This document shows, piece by piece, positions 8,130-16,087 of a stretch of DNA of 30,816 nucleotides. Made by a program: the position numbers and the translations under genes. The DNA is from a virus (lineage: Duplodnaviria > Caudoviricetes). The stretch spans positions 1 to 30,816 of the IMG/VR virus record IMGVR_UViG_3300044723_011169; one strand, 5' to 3'. How positions within the stretch are numbered: position 1 is the first letter of the stretch; each line of letters starts with the position of its first letter. The notes under the pieces were generated by a model, which saw only the letters and a list, made by a program, of their open reading frames with translations, made no database searches and had not been told where the DNA came from.

Positions 8130-8396
8130 TTACCCTCCCTGCCAAAGTTCTTCTATTTCTGGAATATCGTACCAGTAATCCATAACTGCGAACGATATAG
8201 CTTGGCTAGGAGTTAATCCATCTTCAAAATAATCTCTCCACGAAGCATCAGGTAAATCATCTTCATGACACCCAAAGTTTGACGAACAAAGAATATTGAT
8301 ACGAGTTTTCCACTCTAAAAATAGTGCCTCTTGTGGATCAAACTTCTCCATTAGTTTAAAAGCTAATTTACCATTATTATTGTAATTCATGTTCAT
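8130..8396 (-). CDS. Hypothetical acidic protein
   Basis: ORF track 8130-8411; start uncertain, placed at the MNMNY ATG downstream of GAGG. Confidence 0.6.
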   Translation of the reverse strand: MNMNYNNNGKLAFKLMEKFDPQEALFLEWKTRINILCSSNFGCHEDDLPDASWRDYFEDGLTPSQAISFAVMDYWYDIPEIEELWQGG

Positions 8397-8586
8397 TATC
8401 CCATACCTCACTCATTTCTGCCATTTCTTCTTGTATCAGTAAATACTCATGAACAGATGACTCATATTCAAGAGTGTTTGCCCCAAACTTTGCTAAAGAG
8501 AGCTGCATAAACTCATCTATACTAATATTATAGTGATCTGTAGCAAAACTTAGACCATCTTCGATTGCGCTTTTAATTTTACCCAT
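8377..8586 (-). CDS. Hypothetical protein
   Basis: 69 aa ORF within the operon. Confidence 0.7.
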   Translation of the reverse strand: MGKIKSAIEDGLSFATDHYNISIDEFMQLSLAKFGANTLEYESSVHEYLLIQEEMAEMSEVWDNEHELQ

Positions 8587-8588
8587 GA

Positions 8589-8879
8589 TTAAAACCTATC
8601 TGCATATAGCACATCATCAAGCTCTCTTGAGTATTCCAACTCATGTTGTTCATCTTCTAAATAACTATCATACCATTCATCTGCTAAATTTAGTGCGTAT
8701 CTAGCTTCTGCCTCTTCTTTAACGTATAAGAGGATACTTTCAATAGGTGTATAAGTAAGCTGTGCTAATCTTAGCCTGTCGGTAGCATCATCTGCAATGT
8801 TTGCAAACTCTTGTAGTAGAGGTGCCATCTCATCTGAAGAATCGCATTTACGAAATTGTCTTAACTTTTCTGCTAACAT
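8589..8879 (-). CDS. Hypothetical acidic protein, first gene of the promoter 8908-8936 unit
   Basis: AAGGAG RBS, 96 aa. Confidence 0.75.
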   Translation of the reverse strand: MLAEKLRQFRKCDSSDEMAPLLQEFANIADDATDRLRLAQLTYTPIESILLYVKEEAEARYALNLADEWYDSYLEDEQHELEYSRELDDVLYADRF

Positions 8880-8907
8880 ATTTTGCTCCTTTTCTCATTA
8901 TAGAAAT

Positions 8908-8936
8908 ATCATACCAAAAGAAAGGCTAAAAAGCAA
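8908..8936 (-). promoter_or_regulatory. Phage early sigma70-type promoter
   Basis: TTGCTT-17-TATGAT. Confidence 0.75.
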
Positions 8937-8943
8937 GAGAGAA

Positions 8944-9204
8944 TTACTTTTTAGAGAACTGTTGCAACTTATCAAGTAACGATTTTTTAGTAGGAGCAGG
9001 TTTGCGTTCTTTCATATCAGCGTCAAAGTATATAGAATACTCTTGCCTAAAACGTGCTATATCTCGTTTCAGTTGTGTTATTTTTTCATCTCGTTGAATA
9101 ATTTCTCTCATTTCTTTATCCAAGTAACTCTCCATAAAGTTTATTATAAAATGCGTTTGATCCTGTTCTGTGTAAAGCCTCCCAAGTTTTAGCAGCGTTT
9201 TCAT
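8944..9204 (-). CDS. Hypothetical protein (start may be the MESYL ATG at 9135)
   Basis: ORF track; the long form overlaps the upstream gene by 89 bp. Confidence 0.55.
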   Translation of the reverse strand: MKTLLKLGRLYTEQDQTHFIINFMESYLDKEMREIIQRDEKITQLKRDIARFRQEYSIYFDADMKERKPAPTKKSLLDKLQQFSKK

Positions 9205-9667
9205 CGGCTAAGTCTGTGATATATTTGTAGCAAGAGAAAGGTTTTTTAAAACGGTGACATGCTTTTGCAATAGCATAAGCCTCCATGTCAACACACTCTG
9301 CGTACAGTTCTGGAGATGATTGTACAAAGTTATCTCCTGTACTTAAACTGTGTATTCCAGAGTCTAAAATAATATCACCTTTTACTACTGAATACTCAAA
9401 AGGAGTTATACCAAGCGGTGCTTGTGGTCTAGCATCCATATCACGTTGCCTAATAGAACCAAACTTTAATAACTGTCCTGCAAGTTCTGGTTTAAGAGTT
9501 CCAGCCGTGCCAAAGTTAATGACCGAGTCACAATCATAGCGTAGACATACTTCAGTAGCAGCAATTGCTGCATTTACTTTACCTACTCCTGTATAAACTT
9601 TTGTAAATCTATGATCTGGCTCAGTGTGACTAAATTCACTTTCAAGTGCTACAAGTATGTATATCAT
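9116..9667 (-). CDS. MTA/SAH nucleosidase-like protein (nucleoside phosphorylase superfamily)
   Basis: GVGKVNAA, INFGTAG, STGDNF, VDMEAYAIA, KYITD. Confidence 0.85.
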   Translation of the reverse strand: MIYILVALESEFSHTEPDHRFTKVYTGVGKVNAAIAATEVCLRYDCDSVINFGTAGTLKPELAGQLLKFGSIRQRDMDARPQAPLGITPFEYSVVKGDIILDSGIHSLSTGDNFVQSSPELYAECVDMEAYAIAKACHRFKKPFSCYKYITDLADENAAKTWEALHRTGSNAFYNKLYGELLG

Positions 9668-9676
9668 ATGCTTTTC

Positions 9677-10375
9677 CTACCCATTTGTTCGTGATTGTGG
9701 TAAATGCTCATCAGCCCAGTTAACGATATCATCAACATCCTCCATGTTTGAGTGACAGAGTGGGTCATTAATTACAAGATCACCGTTTTCACGATACATA
9801 AAGTTGCCAGAGTGCAAATCAATATTAAGTGTGCTTTCAACACAAGAACAGTCATAATCATCCCAATCACAATCATCTTCATTCCAAGCTGCTTGAGCCG
9901 CCTCACAATCTCCGTCACATTCATAAGCAGCTTCTGAGACATCTAAATAGATACGATTAATTGCATTAACAGCTTCATGTAGACAAGTACTATCTACATC
10001 ATGATCGATTGTCAACATCTGCAGAGAGTGTAAATCTATACCATCTTTACACCAATCAGCAATCATGCCTTCCAACGATTCATTACGAGCGCAACAATCA
10101 TGAACTGCGTCTAATTTTTCAACTACTGCAACATAGTAATCATGCTGATAGTCAATATGCAAATCATGAACTTTTGGAAAGTAAGGATTATCTGGTGCTT
10201 TTGAAATAGCATACTCATAATACTCTAACCACGGATCATCAACTGTGTTACCTACTTTGATTACTTTGCTGTCTGAAGTATTTTTTGGAAGAATTGCCGC
10301 AGAATAACAACCTACTCCAAGTAGTGTGTTGCCTGCACGAATACGATTTTTAATAATATTTCTTGCTGTTGTCAT
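9677..10375 (-). CDS. Protein kinase-like protein (T7 gp0.7-like)
   Basis: Gly loop LGVGCYS, VIKV lysine, DLHSGNFM catalytic loop, INDP. Confidence 0.75.
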   Translation of the reverse strand: MTTARNIIKNRIRAGNTLLGVGCYSAAILPKNTSDSKVIKVGNTVDDPWLEYYEYAISKAPDNPYFPKVHDLHIDYQHDYYVAVVEKLDAVHDCCARNESLEGMIADWCKDGIDLHSLQMLTIDHDVDSTCLHEAVNAINRIYLDVSEAAYECDGDCEAAQAAWNEDDCDWDDYDCSCVESTLNIDLHSGNFMYRENGDLVINDPLCHSNMEDVDDIVNWADEHLPQSRTNG

Positions 10376-10399
10376 GCCTACTCCTCTGATTGTAAGAGA

Positions 10400-10428
10400 A
10401 TAATAACAAAAAGAAAGGCATTTAGCAA
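10400..10428 (-). promoter_or_regulatory. Phage early promoter
   Basis: TTGCTA-17-TATTAT. Confidence 0.7.
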
Positions 10429-10442
10429 GCTAATTGTAAGTT

Positions 10443-10997
10443 TTACTTAAGTCTTGAAAACGCACTTTTAAAATATTTCTTATCACCTAGCTTATGAAAA
10501 TCAAGTCGTTTTGCGTCCATAAAATGACACATAATTGTAACTCTATGCTCTGTTTTTGAAGGGTTATGATAACTATGATCTGTACCTTCGAAAGGACAGT
10601 GAATAAATATAGAATTTGGTTTCCAAGGAATTTCTATTTCATTATTTTCTTTATCATATAGTATTGTACCACAATTTTCCTCTGGAGTAACGTACATTAC
10701 AGCTGTAAGTATTTTTGCATCAAAGTCTACATGCTTTTTAAAATGATATCCTGGGGGTTGAAGCGACCACTCTGCTCTTTTAAACATGAATTTAGGATCA
10801 AACTGCCTTACTTTAGAAAACTGATTTAACATTTGTTTATTAATAAAGGGAAAAATATCTTCTTTTAAAAAAGGATTTTCTCTTTTTTCTGAGACATTCG
10901 CTAAAAGTTCTTTTGCTTCATTTAAAATACTGCTGAAAAGCTCATCAGATAAGCAGTTCTCAATTAGTATGTACTCAAAGGGTTCTGTGTAAAACAT
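10443..10997 (-). CDS. 2OG-Fe(II) oxygenase-like protein
   Basis: HVD...H(SY)...R pattern; similar to 16088-16696. Confidence 0.75.
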   Translation of the reverse strand: MFYTEPFEYILIENCLSDELFSSILNEAKELLANVSEKRENPFLKEDIFPFINKQMLNQFSKVRQFDPKFMFKRAEWSLQPPGYHFKKHVDFDAKILTAVMYVTPEENCGTILYDKENNEIEIPWKPNSIFIHCPFEGTDHSYHNPSKTEHRVTIMCHFMDAKRLDFHKLGDKKYFKSAFSRLK

Positions 10998-11010
10998 TTA
11001 ATCTCCAAAT

Positions 11011-11042
11011 AAAAAAGCAGGCAAGAGATCAACCTTGCCTGC
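11011..11042 (-). terminator. Intrinsic terminator
   Basis: GCAGGCAAG/CTTGCCTGC stem followed by TTTTTT on the - strand. Confidence 0.85.
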
Positions 11043-11344
11043 TCTAATATGTAAAAGGGCTAACATATACGTCATGATCGCTTCTGTGCCACCCTTTCGA
11101 CTAGTCATTGCGTGATATGCTGCCACCAACCTCGCCAACATATCTGATGAGTTCAAACGCTCATCCCCGACTCAGGAATTGCCACCCCTGACAGATGCGC
11201 TTGATGAGACAAAACCCACCACTCCCATGTGTATTAGAAGCCCACACCAGGCTATCAGTATAGAACATAAATCTCCTATACTAATTAGAAACTGGGGTTA
11301 CGCCTCTAATTATGAAAGAAAGAGGAGCAAGAGGCGTAACCAGT
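11043..11344 (-). ncRNA. Candidate structured RNA / long 3' UTR with an anti-SD hairpin and GGUGGCA repeats
   Basis: 12-bp stem 11296-11307/11330-11341; several further hairpins; TGCCACC (+ strand) at 11087, 11121 and 11180. Confidence 0.55.
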
Positions 11345-11350
11345 AGTAAC

Positions 11351-11668
11351 TTAGTTAGCTACTACGTCTTTAAGCCTTGATAGTGCAAGTTTAGTTGCGC
11401 CTTCAAAACCTGTAACATCAAATCCGAAAGACTCGATATCACGCAAGATTTCCTTTTTGCTCGGACCTTCTTGCTTTGAAGCTGATTTCTTTGGAGATGC
11501 GATATACACACCTTCACGAACCAACTTTGAACGAACTGATCGAACAGACTTGTCTAATTCAATTGCAATGTCTTCAATTCCGTCATTGCCTAATTCGTTG
11601 TACATTGAGACCATCTGGTCAACCATTGCTGCTGTGTAGTTAGCAGACTTTTGGGTAGCTTCAGCCAT
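11351..11668 (-). CDS. Second T5 A2/D3-like DNA-binding protein
   Basis: Shares DKSVRSVRSKLVREGVY, GP.KKE.L and G.DV.G.EGATK.A with 872-1171; GAGGTG RBS. Confidence 0.75.
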   Translation of the reverse strand: MAEATQKSANYTAAMVDQMVSMYNELGNDGIEDIAIELDKSVRSVRSKLVREGVYIASPKKSASKQEGPSKKEILRDIESFGFDVTGFEGATKLALSRLKDVVAN

Positions 11669-11739
11669 AATTCACCTCATTAGCTCTGAAACATTGAGGA
11701 ACAGTCAAGAGGCGTTCCCTTCCCTCATTTTCTTTATAG

Positions 11740-11768
11740 ATAATAACAATAAATTTAGCATTAAGCAA
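11740..11768 (-). promoter_or_regulatory. Phage early promoter
   Basis: TTGCTT-17-TATTAT. Confidence 0.75.
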
Positions 11769-11771
11769 GGC

Positions 11772-12424
11772 AAAAACAGGGGGGAGAGTGTGTTCTCTAC
11801 TAGCGAAGTTTAATTTTAAGATGCCTAGTTCAGGGTTCTTTACCTTCACATTATCAGCTTGACTTGCGTTCGACTACTTACAGCACTCCCCTGTGGTCTT
11901 TGTGGAAGGTTTTTTTACGATGGTTACCTTACCGAAACATCAAAATGATCTTAACATAGCCCCGCTTCACCCGCTTGTTAAGTGAGCACTCCGACCTATG
12001 AAACCCTCTGGTGAAGGAATATAGAATAAGTACTCTTGCCGAAAACGGGTGCTCAACTCGCGCAATAGGTAGGCGACACATACGGAGGAGCACACCGTTA
12101 GCTGTAAGGGGAGGTATATCCGCGCCTCCAAGACTGTTACAAGGAGCACACAACTATTTGGTACTCTACTTGCTCTACGCGACTTAACCACTTTGGTAGG
12201 TTTCGCTCCTCCTCTGACATTTTTTACGTCTAATCAGGTTTTGACGATGATGATATCGCTTTCCATCTGCGTGAAGTTATCGCCTTCACTACGATCAAAG
12301 AGAGGAGAGGCTGAGACTCTTTCCGTGACTCCGTTGGATCATTAACCCGACTTTACCTTTCGCAAACCGTGACGCCGAAGCGATAGGGCATTTGCTCGGA
12401 GGATGATGCCTCTCTTCATTTGAT
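11772..12424 (-). ncRNA. Candidate large (~650 nt) structured non-coding RNA
   Basis: Own promoter, no credible ORF, visibly GC-richer than its flanks, many nested helices, a cUUCGg tetraloop, terminal helix plus U-tract. Confidence 0.7.
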
Positions 12425-12430
12425 ATATAG

Positions 12431-12459
12431 AGAATATCAAAAAAATAACCGCCAGGCAA
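12431..12459 (-). promoter_or_regulatory. Promoter of the large ncRNA candidate
   Basis: TTGCCT-17-TATTCT. Confidence 0.7.
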
Positions 12460-12489
12460 TCAAAAAGTCTCAGAGATTGTTATTAGTGG

Positions 12490-13821
12490 TTAAAAGATAT
12501 TCAAATTTAAAAGATCACTTGTGGTAATCGCTAAACTATATATTCTATCCTGAAGTAAAAATACAAATACAAAAGGAAGTGTATCTATATTACGAAAAAG
12601 AAAACCAACAGGCAAGAACAAAAGAAAAACTGTTAAATAGTAAAGTTCTTGTAAAGAAGAAGAACCTAACTGATATATAGCAAAACAAAGTAATATAAAT
12701 ACTAAAATATTAGTTAATATTTGTGGAACATAGTATAGATATTTAGCAAATTTAGACAGCGGCCAAGCTATCATAAAAGCTAGTAAATTAATGATAACTA
12801 AACTAGTAGCAATATGAGTCATAAAAAATGATACGTCAAAATGTTGAGAAAATATCAAACCTTTTAACATAATCATGTCATAAAATAATAGCTCAGAAGC
12901 ACTGATAGGGATACCAATAATAAAAAGAGGAAGAAGAGTGGTGAAAGCAGCAGCGTTGTTCGCAGATTCAGCTGCTATGAGGGCATTATAGTTACCCTCT
13001 TCGTACTTTTTCTTTTTAGTCTGAATTAAAACTTCATTCCTATATGCAGTATTAGATGAGAGTGTGTTTGAAGATCCAGGTGTAAATCCTAAGAAAAAAC
13101 CTGTTATAGTGCCTCTAATAGAGCTTGATACATTTTGTAAAAAATATTTAATGTGGTAAAGCAAGGCATAGTTTTGTTCGTTAATAGATTTATCAGGCTT
13201 ATATACTTTTAGCAGTTGCGGAAAAACGTAGACTGCGCATACAACACTTAAAACTGGTAAACCAGTTGTTAAATCTACATTATCAATAGGCATATTACAA
13301 ATATCAGATTTTCTATTAATTTCTACACAACCAATTGATCTTAAATAAAAAGCTAGTATTGATAGTAGTAATGCTATGAACCAGCCAGATTTACTAGAAA
13401 ATATTAAATAAATAATTATCCCACTAAAAATGATAAACTGTATGTAAGTATTATAAAAAGAGTATAAGTGGGGGAGTAAAAAACTAAATAAAGTTATCAA
13501 TCCAAGAGTTAAAAAAGCTCCTAACAAACTGCCTAAAGCTGCTCCACTAATTGCTAAACTACCAAATCCTTTTTTATGTAGCGAATTTCCTTCAATAACA
13601 GCAGGTAAAGAGCTACTCTCGCCTGGTATCCCTAAGTAGGTTGCAGTAACACTTCCTATGTATTGAGTAGTCGAAACTAAAGCTATGTAAAAAACTGTTA
13701 AGTCGATAATTGATAAGTCAATTAAGAATGGATACAGACTTAGCATAGTAACAAAGACCCCTACACCAGGTAAGAGTCCTGCCACTACACCACTCAGAAT
13801 ACCAAGTAGCAATATAGTCAT
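12490..13821 (-). CDS. tctA: Tripartite tricarboxylate transporter permease, TctA-like
   Basis: Polytopic membrane protein; GLLPGVG, GIPGESSS, G.TPG, AAESANNA, GIP motifs. Confidence 0.8.
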   Translation of the reverse strand: MTILLLGILSGVVAGLLPGVGVFVTMLSLYPFLIDLSIIDLTVFYIALVSTTQYIGSVTATYLGIPGESSSLPAVIEGNSLHKKGFGSLAISGAALGSLLGAFLTLGLITLFSFLLPHLYSFYNTYIQFIIFSGIIIYLIFSSKSGWFIALLLSILAFYLRSIGCVEINRKSDICNMPIDNVDLTTGLPVLSVVCAVYVFPQLLKVYKPDKSINEQNYALLYHIKYFLQNVSSSIRGTITGFFLGFTPGSSNTLSSNTAYRNEVLIQTKKKKYEEGNYNALIAAESANNAAAFTTLLPLFIIGIPISASELLFYDMIMLKGLIFSQHFDVSFFMTHIATSLVIINLLAFMIAWPLSKFAKYLYYVPQILTNILVFILLCFAIYQLGSSSLQELYYLTVFLLFLPVGFLFRNIDTLPFVFVFLLQDRIYSLAITTSDLLNLNIF

Positions 13822-14636
13822 CAGTTATTTTTTACTAATTCCCAATTTTCATCAACTGACTTACTAATGTAGGATATAGTTCCAAGAGAAACATCATGGT
13901 AGTTTTTAGAGGAAGATCCGTCTACATAAACTTCTTTCATTGAAACTCTGAAAGAGTCTCTATCAGGACCTGCATAAACAGTCGATCCTACTTTTGTAAA
14001 AGAAGAAGCCCCTAGTTCCTGTAAAGAAGGAATTCCTTCTACTTCTTGACTAGATAAGTTAAAAACTGCTTTTAGGTCATTTGACTTTTCATAAAAATGT
14101 TTTGGAGAAGATGTAATTGAAAAATCAGCTTCACCGTTCATCACGGCTACGACAAGTTCTTGAGATCCGCCATATCTTACTTTATTAAAAGTAATATTTT
14201 GGTTAGTTTCAATTTGAGCTAACCACTCACCTGATAAATCGTCAGTATAGGCAACAGTTACACCATCTGTAGCAAGAGGGACGTTGTTATCATTTTTAGT
14301 GAATACAACACCATTTACTAAGTCTCCATAAAGTATTGTACTTTGTGTGGGAGCGATTGATAAGCACTCTTCTTTGTTGTTCCACTTTGACGAGTAGTTA
14401 TATATTGCATGTTCGCCCTTAAGTTTTTCTAGAACAGCTTGAGTTTTAACACAGCCTTTTGCTTGTATGATTTGAACATCATAATGCAATGCAAGATCAT
14501 TAGCCCAACCTGCTGTCATAACAGAGTGACTTCCTGTTAAGGAACCAGAATTTATTGCATAAAGTTTTTCTTTAGCTAATACTGGTGTTATTAATAGAGT
14601 AGAAAGTAAAGTAGTTGTAAGTAGTATTTTTTTCAT
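13821..14636 (-). CDS. Periplasmic substrate-binding protein, TctC-like
   Basis: Signal peptide; VRYGGSQELVVAVMNGEADF and IPSLQELG resemble TctC; adjacent to tctA. Confidence 0.65.
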   Translation of the reverse strand: MKKILLTTTLLSTLLITPVLAKEKLYAINSGSLTGSHSVMTAGWANDLALHYDVQIIQAKGCVKTQAVLEKLKGEHAIYNYSSKWNNKEECLSIAPTQSTILYGDLVNGVVFTKNDNNVPLATDGVTVAYTDDLSGEWLAQIETNQNITFNKVRYGGSQELVVAVMNGEADFSITSSPKHFYEKSNDLKAVFNLSSQEVEGIPSLQELGASSFTKVGSTVYAGPDRDSFRVSMKEVYVDGSSSKNYHDVSLGTISYISKSVDENWELVKNN

Positions 14637-14638
14637 TT

Positions 14639-15754
14639 TTAACCTCTTAAGTATGTTTTATGAATTTCAACCCCAAAAGGGTAACTAATTAAAGGAATAT
14701 CATCAATTTTATTTTTAGATATTATATTTATATAATCATTAAAGTATGTTGTATAATGATTTTTTAACGTATTAAAAAATGCTTTAGTTTTTCTATTTGA
14801 AAATACGCTAATCATTGGTGATTGATTTTTTAACAATTTTGAGTCATTTTTATCAAAGTATAAAGAATCATAAGTATTAAAAGAATTTAGATATCTAGTA
14901 GATTCAACCATAGCTTTTTTATAAGATTTATAATTATTTTTAGGAGATACATTAAAAAGATTATTATTTTTTAAATAATTTCTAAGTAAATAACATTGTT
15001 TAATATGGATTCTAGGGTCATTAGGATCAGTAAAGAAAGAAACTGATCCTGGTACCATTAATGCTTGAAAGTTATCAGTATCATAAGTAAGATTATACCA
15101 ACTCTTTAAAGAAGCGTCAAAATATAATTGAGGTTCGCTTACTCCCCTTACTATTAAAGATTTATCATCTTTAAGATTCCTATTCATATACGGGCTTAAA
15201 GTTTTAGTAATATCCATATTTAACCTCCAGCCATCTTCTAAATAATGAGTTGGAGTCGTAACTGCAGCATAATCATTTATTGTATTGATACCACTATTTG
15301 TTACTGTAACCTTTATGCTTAAGTTTTTAACAAAAGGAATTGCATATTTATCTATTTCATAATTACCTGCATGAATTCCGTTTTCATACTGAGATGGACT
15401 AATCATTGTATCTCGATATATTAAAATCTCATCAACTTTAATATTATATTTTAACGCAAGCTCAAGTATAAAAAGTGAGTCAGAGCCTCCACTAAAAGAA
15501 AGAATCATATAAGGAGTAGAATCTCTAATCATTTGAAGACGATCTCGACACATATCAATCCAGTCTTCTTCTGGCTCTTGATCCCAGTTAGCATCAGAAA
15601 AGGGTTTAAGATGATTACCGAGTGCTACTCCAATTTTGGAATAACCTTCATAACCCTTAAACCCTTCATCAGAAGCTGCTTGTAGTGCTAACCATTTAGA
15701 CTTATAACGTTTATTATTATAAGTATAATAAAGCTGCCTATCAAGATTGATCAA
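14639..15754 (-). CDS. PP-loop adenine nucleotide alpha-hydrolase-like protein
   Basis: LSFSGGSDS motif; TTG start. Confidence 0.7.
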   Translation of the reverse strand: MINLDRQLYYTYNNKRYKSKWLALQAASDEGFKGYEGYSKIGVALGNHLKPFSDANWDQEPEEDWIDMCRDRLQMIRDSTPYMILSFSGGSDSLFILELALKYNIKVDEILIYRDTMISPSQYENGIHAGNYEIDKYAIPFVKNLSIKVTVTNSGINTINDYAAVTTPTHYLEDGWRLNMDITKTLSPYMNRNLKDDKSLIVRGVSEPQLYFDASLKSWYNLTYDTDNFQALMVPGSVSFFTDPNDPRIHIKQCYLLRNYLKNNNLFNVSPKNNYKSYKKAMVESTRYLNSFNTYDSLYFDKNDSKLLKNQSPMISVFSNRKTKAFFNTLKNHYTTYFNDYINIISKNKIDDIPLISYPFGVEIHKTYLRG

Positions 15755-15881
15755 GTTTCTCTCTTAACTCTTTTATACGTTTGTAAGCTTCATATAGCTG
15801 TGTGTTAAGATCAAAAACATTTCGTTTCAAAATATCAACTTCTGTTAGTAAATCGTCTAGTTCTTTTTCATCTTTGCTCAT
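15741..15881 (-). CDS. Small coiled-coil protein (46 aa, not in the ORF track)
   Basis: MSKDEKELDDLLTEVDILKRNVFDLNTQLYEAYKRIKELREKLDQS* fills the gap in the operon. Confidence 0.65.
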   Translation of the reverse strand: MSKDEKELDDLLTEVDILKRNVFDLNTQLYEAYKRIKELREKLDQS

Positions 15882-15882
15882 T

Positions 15883-16086
15883 TTAAAAATCTATCTGTCC
15901 TAACCCAGTTCCTGTAGCAGATCCATGAGCTATTTGTAAATGTGAGTCTTGGCTTGTAGCTTTTTCATAGGGACAACCTTTGACGTTGCATGGCCAAATC
16001 TCAGGTATATTACCTGAGTGAGCGTATAAATTGATAGTACATATTTCACATTTCCCAACAGGGTCGGGTCTATTATTTTTCGCCAT
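15883..16086 (-). CDS. Small Cys-rich, possibly zinc-binding protein
   Basis: CEIC ... CNVKGC; GGAGG RBS. Confidence 0.7.
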   Translation of the reverse strand: MAKNNRPDPVGKCEICTINLYAHSGNIPEIWPCNVKGCPYEKATSQDSHLQIAHGSATGTGLGQIDF

Positions 16087-16087
16087 T

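Noticed and set aside
11661-12191. ORFs 11661-11849, 11929-12153 and 11967-12191 (-)
   Set aside because: Weak or absent RBS; two overlap each other and one crosses a promoter; the structured RNA explains the region better
11820-12360. RNase P, tmRNA or group I intron identity for the large RNA
   Set aside because: AAAGUCGGG and AGAACCC only loosely recall RNase P P4; there are no tRNA-like ends and no interrupted host gene. A covariance search is still needed.
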